From: Octopus vulgaris
Lineage: Eukaryota
Direction: 5' to 3'
Assembly: GCA_951406725.2 (NCBI GenBank)
Contig: OX597820.1
Location: forward strand, 87,606,001 to 87,670,000
Length of the DNA stretch: 64,000 bases
Shown here: positions 1 through 11,470 of the stretch, in pieces
Position numbering within the stretch: the first letter of the stretch is position 1
Layout: each line of letters opens with the position of its first letter
Made by a program: the position numbers and the translations under genes
The notes under the pieces: model-generated
Told to the model about the DNA's origin: nothing
The model's input: only the letters and a program-made list of their open reading frames with translations
Databases searched by the model: none

Positions 1-709
1 CAACACTAATTATTCACCAATGCATCAAGCTGTTCCTGAGTAAAGGGGACATGAAAAAAAGGGTCAAATTCAGCCCAAACACCTTGTACCTGTATTGTAA
101 ATAGTATGACATCTTAGGTACAACTTGCTGCTGTAAATAGTATTGCATGGGAAATAGAATTTGCTGTTTTATTTCATGTCAACACTATTTTTGACGAGTG
201 CTTTGTTGGTTTACGGTATTCACTTCAACTCTGTGATAACAGCTTAAAGAGATTTGATTCTTATAAATTGATAGTCTCCAATGAATTAATAGTATTAGTG
301 GACTGCCAGACAAGCATCTTATAGTATTTACTTTTATTCTTCGGCATTAGTAGTACAAATCCCACTGTGTTGACTTAGCCATTCAGTCATCTAGGACTTA
401 TGAGCGCCAGTAACATACAGTATTGATGCCATTTTCAACATTCTCTCCTTTGAACCAGTAAGGGAACCTCTATACAGTTGCTTGCTCAACCTGTTAGAAA
501 TAGCAGCCTAACCTCTCTAAACTCACTCCCTACTTTCTTTGAAAGAGCACTTTAGATAATGTACTCCAAGATAGACTAAAATGATGGGTTGTTCATTAGC
601 TGTTGGTCAACTTTGGTCCAGTTGACCTATGATCCAATGCGTTCTAGCTATGACTTAGTCTTTTTAAGAATATCTTGGACTACACTGTCAAATGTATTAT
701 TTTTTTAAG

Positions 710-1612
710 AACAGATGATTACACTGGTATGGTCATGTGATGTATATGGACAAATACAGCTGTATAAAAAAAAAGTGCCGATCTGTAACTGTGGAGGGTA
801 CCTGTGGAAGGGGCAGGCCCAGAAAGATGTGGGAAGGGGCAGGCCCAGAAAGATGTGGGAAGGGGCAGGCCCAGGTAGACGTGGGAAGGGACAGGCCCAG
901 GTAGACGTGGGAAGGGGCAGGCCCAGGGAGACGTGGGAAGGGGCAGGCCCAGGGAGACGTGGGAAGGGGCAGGCCCAGGGAGACGTGGGAAGGGGCAGGC
1001 TCAGGGAGACAGGCCCAGGAAGACGTGGGACAAGTTGAAGTGTGATCTTCGAACATTTGGCCTCATGGAGGCAATGGCTAGTGACTGAGACCTTTGACGA
1101 TATGCTGTGGTTTAGAAGGCTCGTCAAGCTACGTGAAATCATAGTTGTAGCTGATGCTGGTATCATGTGACTGGCACCAATGCCTGTGGCATGTAAAAAA
1201 CACCCTTTTAATATTGGGCCTCACAGAGGCAATGTGGCTGATGCCGTTGTCACATAGCTAGCACCTGTGTTGGTGGCATGTAAAATGCACTTTTTGAGCA
1301 TTGGGCCTCATGGAGGCAATGACAAATGACTGAAACCTTTGGCAATATGCCATGCTTGAGAAGACCCATCAAGCCAAGTGAAATCATAGTTGTGGCAGAT
1401 ACTGGTGTCATGCAACTGTCACCTGTGCCGGCAACACGTAGAAGCACCCATTACACTCTCAGAGTAGTTGGCATTAGGAAGGGCATCCAGCTGTAGAAAT
1501 CACACCAAATCAAACTGGAGTCTGGTGTAGCCTCTCAGTTTACCAGCTCTGGTCAAACCGTCCAACCCATGCCAGCATGGACAATGGATGTTAAATGATG
1601 ATGATGATGAGG
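710..1612 (+). mobile_element. RTE-clade LINE 3' portion (ORF C-terminus, 3'UTR and (atg)n tail) with internal duplication
   Basis: Remnants of WYGHV...GRGRPRK(T/M)W...DLRTFGL; ggcatgtaaaa UTR repeats; ends in atgatgatg. Segment ~1050-1200 recurs at ~1300-1445. Confidence 0.85.
804..1030 (+). repeat. 26-bp G-rich minisatellite, about 8.5 copies of gtgggaaggggcaggcccagRNagaY
   Basis: Units read directly, starting at about 804, 829, 855, 881, 907, 933, 959 and 985. Confidence 0.95.
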
Positions 1613-2034
1613 ATGGAGGGATGCGATTTGAGGGAGATTTGGCTGTTATTTCCTGCTGGTTGAGTGAACACAAGGCTCAGAAAAAAATGCTTAGTTAATG
1701 TACCTGCATATTTCAATCTCTTAAAGTAGGTTAGTTACAGATGTGATGGAAAATATTGGCATCAAAAAGTTATCAAAACAACTAGCTTCAACTGTTGTTG
1801 TTTTTTTTTTTTATATTTTCTTTTACTCTCCCAATTCCTGCCCTCTTGCAGAGGCCTCTGTTAGCAGGCAGCTGGATTTTGCTTAATTGAATGCCAAATA
1901 TTTTTTCATATTTCTTTAGGAATTATAGATGATATAAAGGAAACTTTTTTTTTCATTTAAATCTGATTTTAAAAATACAAAACACCTTTTTGTCTTGATT
2001 ATTGATTTGGATGTGTGTCTGTTTACATTATATA

Positions 2035-2441
2035 CTCTTTCTTTTTACTCTTTTTAGTTGTTTCAGTCATTTGACTGCGGCCATGCTGGAGCACCGCCTT
2101 TAGTCGAGCAAATCGACCCCGGGACTTATTCTTTGTAAGCCCAGTACTTATTCTATCGGTCTCTTTTGCCGAACCGCTAAGTGACGGGGACGTAAACACA
2201 CCAGCATCGGTTGTCAAGCAATGCTAGAGGGACAAACACAGACACACAAACATATACACACACATACATATATATATACGACAGGCTTCTTTCAGTTTCC
2301 GTCTACCAAATCCACTCACAAGGCTTTGGTCGGCCCGAGGCTATAGCAGAAGACACTTGCCCAAGATGTCACGCAGTGGGACTGAACCCAGAACCATGTG
2401 GTTGGTAGGCAAGCTACTTAACACACACCCACTCCTGCGCC
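2035..2441 (-). mobile_element. tRNA-derived octopus-type SINE, family A (CORE-like), young copy
   Basis: Head ggcgcaggagtg...gggttcagtccc (Pol III B-box-like), cttgggcaagtg core, internal microsatellite and (taaaagag)-type tail. CpGs retained. Close to the copy at 53927-54332. Confidence 0.9.
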
Positions 2442-2767
2442 TATATATATATGCATATAAATGAAACATTGAAATGCTAATATATTGTCTGCAATTTTAA
2501 ATTCTGTTTTGGAGATCCAGGGCCAGTTGAGCATTCATTAAGACCAATTTAACTAGGTTTGTTCATCTGTAATGAAAGAATTTGACTTTTAAAAAGTTAC
2601 TTCAACCATGTGCAGTATCCCTAAACTCACAGGCTTAAATATGTTGCTTTTAGAATAAATTTGCTTTAGCAGATTCAGTATCTCCTTTTGTAATTACATC
2701 TGAATTTAAGTGTGGTGTGTTGCAAAATACATAGACAGTTCTATATTTAAGAGATGAGGAATTATGT

Positions 2768-3032
2768 GCATTATTTACATTTGACGGATATTTGTCCTCA
2801 TCTTGTTTGTTGTTAACACAACGTTTTGGTTGATATACCCTCCAGCCTTCATCAAGTGTCTTGGGGAAATTTCAAACCTTAGGTATTTTTCGATGTTATT
2901 ATTATTATTAGGAATGAGATCTCAGGTTCAAAATTTCCCCAAGACACCTGATGAAGGCTGGAGGATATATCAGCTGAAACGTGTTAACAACAACCAAGAT
3001 GACAAATATCTGTCAAATGTAAATAATGTAAA
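2768..3032. repeat. Fold-back inverted repeat (~110-bp arms) of a Penelope-like terminal repeat
   Basis: 2768-2880 is the imperfect reverse complement of 2923-3032. The right arm contains ctgatga...gaaac. Confidence 0.8.
2941..2988 (+). ncRNA. Degenerate minimal type I hammerhead ribozyme motif (PLE-associated)
   Basis: gacac-CTGATGA-a-ggctg(loop)cagct-GAAAC-gtgtt. A second, mutated copy lies on the minus strand at 2815-2862. Confidence 0.55.
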
Positions 3033-4533
3033 ATACATATAGTTTGATATTTCTAATTTACAGTTTTTCTCTCTTATGTTTGTGTATTCAGCACCATATT
3101 TTGGTAAATGCACTCTTTTAGATTATACTTTTCTCTTTAGAGTTGTCACAATTGAGGATATCTAGAATGTACTAATGTGAGAAATTATCCTCTAATTTCC
3201 TCTCTTATTCCTAATTTTTATGAATTCAGTTCAGAATTGTACTGGAAGTATTCAAATTAACTTGTGGAACTAACTTTATGGTGATGTAAGAAGGGGAAAA
3301 CCTTGTCATTCTTACATTAACAACTTGATTGTAGAGATACTGGCCTGGAATGTGCCTCGGACCTCAAGGCAGTGATGTGGGACCAAGAAGTGTGGCAGGT
3401 GGACTTTGTTCCTGTGGCCCAGGTTGGAACCTGGCCATTAGATAAGATTAATGAAGTGAGAATAATGTATCCAGGGACCTATAAGTGTAGGATTTAACTC
3501 TTCTCTAATAAACCCCACCCCCCACAAAAAAACCAAAAAACCCCCCCAAATCTCCAGCTTTCTTGAGTTTTGAATTCTCTCCCTACTAGGTCCAAAAACA
3601 GTTTTTGTCCCACCTTGCCAAATTTAAGTTGGAGGCTTTAATTGCATCACCTCATTTTAAAGACCTCTTTAGTTGTCTGCATTGCTTTTGCTTGCTTCGA
3701 TTAATCATTGTTCAACAATGTTTGCCTCAGCTTAATAGGAGTGTAGTCTCGATCATGTTTACACCCACCATACCAAGTTACCACTTCTATGTAAATATTT
3801 AGTGCTGTCTTAAAATGAAACTGCATCTTTGGATTTGCTTATGCCACATTCTTGATAAGCTTTGGATTCCTTCCTGTCACTTCTTTCAAATGCAGTTAGT
3901 ATTCTAAAGTGAAAACAGAACATTTATTTTTACTGTGGATGTGAAACATATGTTGCAAGTGAAGGGTGTAAACTGCCTTAACTATCCTTATAGTAGTAAG
4001 TGGTATTGATTCCATTTCTGGGGCATGATATCTTTGTTGTTGTACCTAATACCAGGTATCACTTTGGGTATGGTTTAATTAAAATATCAAACTATGTTTT
4101 CATTTCCTGCTAATTCTGTGATGGTGTCAGAAACTTCCCTTAGCAGCAGCTGATTTCCATCTTCAACAATGATTTTGGATCACATTTGAAACTGTGCAGT
4201 TTATTTATAAACTAGAATACCCCTCCACCCCATAACTATATTAATAGTATAATGTAGGAAAATGAATTGGTTTACTTTGTATTCTTGAAAGAGGTCTTAC
4301 ATGATCAAATTAACAGGAATTTTAATTAGCTCATAAATAAAGATTTAACCTAGATAATTATGAGTTTTGATAATTTGCAGTGTTACAGCATATCTCATTG
4401 GTTTGGTTTCAAACCTTGTTGGGGCCCACTTGCCCACTAAGGGCTTCTGTCTGCACTTGCTTTCATAAAGATAAAGTTTGTAGTAAGAATATGAATTGGT
4501 TTTACTTTTACCTTTTTTGGCTTGTAGTTAATA

Positions 4534-5785
4534 CAAAGGTTGGCTTGAAAGTTCATAGGCTGACTAAGATACTCTCATGAAATGTGACCAAATGAGGTTT
4601 ATTTTTCAACATAGTCTCCCTTGCAATCTACACACTTCTTCCATCAGTGTTACAGTGCTTGGATCCCATTGGTGAAGAAGTTGATAAAAAAAAAGTTATC
4701 AATAGCAGACATGACATTGTCATCACTGTGATACTGATTCCCAGTGTTTTTCATGTTGGGGAACATGATAGTCAGATGGGGCCAAATCAGGGGAATAGAG
4801 AAGGTGATCAACCAGTTGAAAGCTATAGTCATGTACAGCAGCCATTAAAACCTAGGTCTTGTGTGCTGGAGCATTGTCCTGATGAAACAAGTCTCCTTTC
4901 AGTGGTTTTCCTGAGTGTTTGGTATTGATGACCTTTTGTTACTGCTTCAGCAAGTTGGTATAGTAGTCTCCATTAATGGTGTGGCCTTTTTGAATAAACA
5001 CAATGCCTTTTGCATCCTGCAAAACTGAAGCCATCACCTTTCCTGCAGATGAAATGACTTTGGCCTTCTTTAGAGCAGGCGAGGAGTGTTTCCATTGCAT
5101 GGATTGTCTCTTGGTCTCTGGTTCAAAGTGATAAGGCCAACACTCACCTTAGGTTAGGAAATGTTCAAGGAAACCAGCTGGATCTTCCTCAAACAATGTC
5201 AAATTTTCCCATGATGTGATCAACTTGGTGCACTTTTGATTGGGTGTCAGAAGATGTGGCACCTACTGAGCAGAAATATTTGTCATGCCAGGTTCACTGT
5301 GCAGAATATTCTCAACTCTCTCACAAGATATTCTAATAGCATTGGCTATTCGATATATAGTCAGTTGCCTACCATTCATCATTATATAGTAAATGTGATC
5401 AATGTTTTCCTTTGTGGTGGTAGTTGCAGGACATTCAGGCCTTAGGTCATCTTCAAAACTATCCTTTCTTCTCCTAAATTCAGCTACCCACTTCTGCACT
5501 GTTGATAAAGCTGGAGTGTCATCCCCTAAGGTAGCAACCATGTCAGCATGAATGCCCTTGGGGGCTAAACCCTTTTTTCTGCAGCTACTTGATAACACCA
5601 TGATGCCAAATTTTGTCCATTTTCAAGAGAAGTGCTACTAGTTACTTTTGAGGTCATCTTTGAACAGTCGGATGTGAATTTACCTGGAAAGAAACAATGC
5701 AGTTATTAATAAGAAGGGTTGAAATTAATGCATGCAAGATTTCACAGCTCTAGTATCACACCTTCATAGTCAGTTTATAAACTGT
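4534..5785 (-). mobile_element. Degenerate mariner (irritans-like, second family)
   Basis: ORF remnants 5263-5601 (IHADMVATLGDD..LSTVQKWVAEF, HTH region) and 4650-4832. Partial ITR match (agttcataggctgacta vs tagtcagtttataaact). Size about 1.25 kb. Confidence 0.82.
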
Positions 5786-8700
5786 ACCTCAATAAAACCT
5801 ATCTCAAGGGTTAATGTGCTGATGTACTACTCTCATAGTCAGATCAAATTTTATTGCTTTATCCTTTGTGTTATGTCCCTGGCAATAATTTTCTTTGCAT
5901 AAATATGCCTAAAAAACTATTACCACTCCTAATACCTGCTGTTTTAGAATAACGTAATACTATATTGATGCTGTTGTTTATATACTGTCTGTCCTTCTCA
6001 ATCACCTCATTCATACAAAGCATTCAGTTAAAATTTCTATGCATGACCATCCTCTGGGCCTCTTTCTAAAGTGGGTGGCAGTTAGAAAATTTAGGCTGTT
6101 ACATAGTACAGGTCTTGGCTTATATAAAAAAAGAAACATTACCATTAGATGTAGTGCAATATATTTTATTTAAGAAATGCTTTAGTTTAAATACAAAACT
6201 TCTGGGTCAGTTTTGCCAGGCTCCTTTCAGTTCAAGGCACATATAAAGATGAAAACAATGTTTTGAATAATAACTGGGTGTGTTTTGACTTCATTACATA
6301 CTTTCCAGACAACTTTGAAAACCAAGTTATTCTACAATAATAACAGTTGTTAGCTGGTAGGCAATAGAGTGGGATGTCAGTAACAAAAAAAAAAAAAAAA
6401 GGCTTAACTCTGTTCATTACAGCTTGGTTTAATGAAGTACCATATGGAAATAAAACTCCATTGCTGCAAGTGACAAGAACACTAACTATATAATTAACAA
6501 TGTTTACTGTGTGAAGATGAAATTCTTTCATGGACTGACTTCCTGTTCAGTCAGTTCAAATTATCTGCTGTGTTTCTAACTTTAGAAAACCTCTTTATTA
6601 ATAAGTTATTTAGTCTTGGGTCAGCTTTGTTTGAACTACCCTAGGGTCAAGGACATTTCAGCTGTGATCATACCAATTTTAAGGGCATGGTTTGAAAGTG
6701 CTTTGGCTGTCATTTATATCAGGTCTAGCAATCTCTCATAAGCTCCTTTATTCAATTGATCATTGAAACTTTAATAATAAATTGGGTATTTTATGTACAA
6801 TCTCTTTAAGATGAATCTTTTTTTTTTTTTTATTTTTTTTTTTTAACCTCAATTTGTCAGAAGTGACATTTTTCAGGACCTCCGAAATAGAAGAAAGGAA
6901 GTGGTTCAGAGACATGGGTTGAATGTTTGCTAGTAAATGGACTGTGCTAAAATCACCTAAGATCCAGGTGATCATGTTAAAGCAGACAGTGAGGTCTACC
7001 TCTGTTATTTAAGCTTCACTGGCAATAGTTAAGAGTTAATGAAATAATTTGCACAAAATTGGGCTAATATAGTGATTTCAAAGTATCAATGGCTGTGAAA
7101 AGAAAGGATAAACAGGAAAGAAACATCAGACGGAATATGGCCTGTGAGTATAAAAGATAGCAAAAATTGTTTTTCAAAGCTGGAAGTGAATAGTTAAGAC
7201 AGTTTAAGGGAAAGATAACATATTTAGTTAGATATAAAAGATTGTTTGTAGGAAATGGACTACTTTTTTAAAGACTTCATCCAAAAAGGAAAAATGGTGC
7301 CTGAGACTATTTTTCAGGGCCTCTAAGACTGGTAAGTGGCAATTAATGTCAGACTGGAGATTTATTCTGAATGCATGCAACTCTATTAAAGATGCTATGG
7401 ACCCTTGTAGTTAAACTAAATGACAGATTGTCTTATCACCTCTAAAACAGGAATGGTTCCTTTTGCGGGGCATCTACACAGTTTCTATCTTCCAAATGCC
7501 ACTCACAAAGCATTAGTCAACCTGAAGCTATGGTAGCAGACATTTGTCAAAGGTGCCACCCAGTGAGGTTGAATTCAAACCCTTAGTTGTGAAGTGAATT
7601 TCTTAACCACAAATCCACATGATTCCATCTAAAATATTTTGTTAGATTTTTAGATCAAAGTGAATCCATTTTATGCATGGAACAGCTGTAACAATAATAA
7701 ATGTTGACTTTTGATTCAGCAGTGTTGATTGAAAGAAAGAGAGAGAGAGAGTTACATGATCAGTTTTATGCTTGTCTATTGAATTAGTCTATTTTTTCAG
7801 AAAATCATTTAACATTTATGAGAGCATCATATTCATCATTATCTGTTTTTCAAATTACAATTAGTTTTTCAATACTGTTCAACATCACATTCAAGTTTAT
7901 ATGGTATTATTATTATTATTCCTACCTCCCTTTCAACATATTTGTCTACCCACCAAAAAATTAGATAATGTTTTAGTCAGTTTGTTTGTTTTATTCATTA
8001 CTACAGTATTAAGTTTATTTCTGAAATTACTGTAGTTAGAAAGAACAAAATTGTTTGCCAGTGATTATACACAAAATAAATAAATAAATAATTGGATTTA
8101 AAAAAAAATTGCTTAAAGGCAAATTATATATGGAAATACTGAGCAATGTACAGATTATGAGAAATGGAATGCAACAACTGTTTTCTACAAAAGATTGTAG
8201 TTGACAAGAAAGCTTCATGATTGCTTGACCTGCAAGAAATACCAACTAGGTCTTTTTCAAATCACACCATAAATGGACACATTGGATAACATTGTCCTAG
8301 AGACTGTTATGGCTAGATAGTCATGGTTGAATTCCATTTTAGGCTTATTCAGTGTTGGTATAGGCTGAAACAAAAATGATAGCCATCACTCGTGAGTATA
8401 GCTTGGTAACATTTACTGTTCTTTCACTAATTATCTTAACTGTCTATGTAGTCATGAGCAGACACAGTCACCCTCTTGGCCTTCCCAAGTCCAGGACTTG
8501 ACAGTGGGTGGAGAGTAGGGAATGAGGCCTACATCAGCACTCAGGTGGAATCATTTTCAGCCGAGTAAACTGGAGCACTGTGAAATGAAGTACCTTGCTC
8601 AAGGTGGACATCTTGCTGTCCAATCTGTGAATCAAACCCTTAATTTTATGTTTGTGAGCCCAACTCTGTAATCTCTAGGCCCAACAGCTATATTAAACGC

Positions 8701-10778
8701 TGACAATATATCAAAAGAAGAATTTTCTATTTTCTTTGGTTTGGTGTTTTTGTTAATATTTTATCAAATATTTCTTCTGACTAAACAGAATGGCAGTGAT
8801 TGGAACTGCACATTAAACCTATTTCCTGAGTCAGTTTAAATGTTATTTATTTATATTATTTTTGATGTTTGAGATGACCAAAGATTTCTCAATGGTTACT
8901 GATCGTACTTTTCCATATCTAACCTCATAATACTCTCAGCAGTCAAAGAGTAAACCCAGCACGTTTCAAACCTGAAATTCTCTTTAAAATGTTACAACTT
9001 TTAAAAGTGAGTAATGCCAAGAATCACTTATCAGAAAATAGATCTGTTGTGATTTCTGTCTTCAATTGCTATTTGTCCTACATACTTCATATTTTCATTT
9101 TAAATATTATGTTATCTGTCAGACTGATTGATTGATGGCTTTTAGTTATGGAAATCTAGAAGATATTCAACTGTAAGGAATTTGCCTTCCCTTTAATGTT
9201 TTTCAAATGAATCCCAAAAGTTGATTTTAAACTTGATAAGTTGTAAATTTTGAGTTCAAGTTGTGTGAGATTTTTTATTAAAATTCTTGCTTTTTTTGGT
9301 AGTTTTTATTTAGTTATTGTTTAATAAAGGAGAGAAGTACAGTGCCTTTTCCATGCCTTTTTAAGAAAAGCCTCTGAGACTGGGAGAATATGGGAAATAT
9401 TCTTAAATGGGAGACCTTGTCCAGATGCTTGCAACTGAGTAAACTCCCCAAAAGATACTAAAGGATCAAATAGTAGTGTTCAACCAAATAATGGATTTGG
9501 CTTTAAATTATTTTTAAAAAATGCTCCACCACCACCACTACTACTACTTTTAAGTATATATGTGAAGATGTATCATTTTGCATGTGCATGTTATAATAAT
9601 CATGAGGAAATTTGCAGGAAAATGATTGTACAAGATGGATTTTTTTTGTAAATTTTATTTCTGGATTTTCCTTTCTATGATCCATTGTGAAAAGTTGAGA
9701 GATTGCTTCATGACATGTGTTGGTACGTTTTCTGGATTGTTTTGTATTTTGTTCTACACATTCAGAAAGGCTACTCATGCCAAGGAGCATATTTCATCAA
9801 TTTACAATGACCATAAAAAAAGAAAAGAAAAAAAAAAACTCTTAACATTTGCCATTTGTGTTCATTTCATTCACAACAGGCAGTTTTATTCTTTTATTGA
9901 CCTCAATATCTGCAACAATATCTGGGGTTAAAATATCTTCTGGTCTCGAAGTGAAGGATCTAGTCTTTCGGATGTGCTAAGAATGTGCTTTACCAGGAGT
10001 GGTTCTTAATGATAAAATGAAACCTCAGGGAACCTGAAATTTTATTCTAGGTGAGACAGAAAGAACTCAGTTAATATATGCCACATTAGTGTAATCTAAG
10101 CTACACAGCAATGCTTGTGCTGATATAAAACTCAATGGAAATTGAATATAATCTCTAGAATTTAAGAATAATTAGTGGTCTTTAGTAAAAACAAGCAAAT
10201 GCCACAGTTATAATACTGTATTGTGAGAAGTTTCAGGCAGTCTTCATGCTTTCAAACTTTAGATATTTCCTTTCATATATTTCTGTTTTTATAACCTTTT
10301 TGTTTCTGATGTCCATAACGTTTTGCCTACAGATCGGTGAGTTAGGGTTGTCATGTTACCTCAGTTTACATATCTCTGATTTACTTCATAAAAACAACAA
10401 AGGTATAAAGAAAACAAATTTCCATAAAATCTATATCTGAATTATTTTTGTAAAGGCATATTTTGTGTTTTAGTTTCTGACTACTTCTAGCTCTACATCA
10501 TCTGGATCTGGATTATTTTTGTAAAGATGTAATTTAATTTCTAACCACTACTGGGTCTACATTTTCCTGTGTGTCTGTTTGTTTTAAAACAATGAAGGTA
10601 TAAATTGGGGGAGTTAGCTGCTATTTCTAGTTGGTTGGATAACTATGTAAAGACTCCATCATTGGCTCATGAAGTAAATTATTTCAATGTTTTTTTTTTC
10701 CCCCTGATATAACTGCTCTATTTATTGCTTTGTGATTAATTTGCATTTTACTGATTTATATTTTATTTTCCTTTCCAG

Positions 10779-10958
10779 AATTCGGCCTCAATGTGGCCGA
10801 GAAAGGATTGACATGTGCCAAATTTGCACCGACGTTATCTATGCGGAATCTCAGCTTATCTTGGGAAAAGATAAGGCATTTACATTTGACTATGTATTTG
10901 ACAGAGATACAGTTCAGAAGGATGTTTATGAAACTTGTGTACAAATGCTTGTTGAAGG
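10779..10958 (+). CDS. KIF21: KIF21-like kinesin-4, first visible coding exon (R)IRPQCGRERIDMCQICT...KDKAFTFDYVFD...CVQMLVE(G)
   Basis: Polypyrimidine tract and ttccag acceptor; GG|gtaagt donor; 180 nt. Translation matches the KIF21 motor N-terminus (IRPQ, GKDKAFTFDYVFD). Confidence 0.95.
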
Positions 10959-11274
10959 GTAAGTCCTGTTTTTCTTTTCTCCATTTCCAAGTAAAAAGAA
11001 GTAGAAGAAAAAAAATGGAACAGTAAACTTTCCAAACATTTTTGGAGTCGAGATTTCATCAGTATGAATTTTTCAACTTTTACTAGGAAGTGTTTTTTAA
11101 TGCATTATGTAAATAAAAGGAGAGCACAAAAAATATTGTTTGATACATTGTAACGAATACCACTTTATTAGTTGCATAATGACTAAGTAATTGGGGGTGG
11201 TAGTTGGGATTTTTGTTAACTGTTTACAAAATGCAAGAAAACACTTCCCTCTAGTTTTAGATGAAAACATGTTT

Positions 11275-11470
11275 ATCATCATCATCTGCTCAAATAAAGG
11301 TGGGGAGAATACATGTTCTTACAGAATTATGCCTCACCATCAACTGTTTTCCATGCTGGCATGGGTCAGATGGCTTGTCAGGAACTGGCGAGCCTGGGGT
11401 CGCACCAGATTCCACAGTCTGTTTTGGCTTGGTTTCTATGACTGGATGCCCTTCCTAATGCCAACCATTC
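11275..11470 (-). mobile_element. RTE 3'-end fragment
   Basis: ttccatgctggcatggg...ggatgcccttcctaatgccaacc, the reverse complement of the 1465-1600 RTE tail. Confidence 0.75.

Noticed and set aside
804-1030. CRISPR-like repeat array
   Set aside because: Head-to-tail units with no unique spacers, no cas genes, and eukaryotic context.
705-1166. Three overlapping repetitive ORFs (107-153 aa)
   Set aside because: Artefacts of the stop-free 26-bp minisatellite inside a dead RTE; the unit length is not a multiple of 3.
1-10250. KIF21 first coding exon or promoter
   Set aside because: No exon encoding the expected V.VAVR-like start with a phase-2 donor was seen; it probably lies upstream of the window, though a manual scan could miss a short exon.
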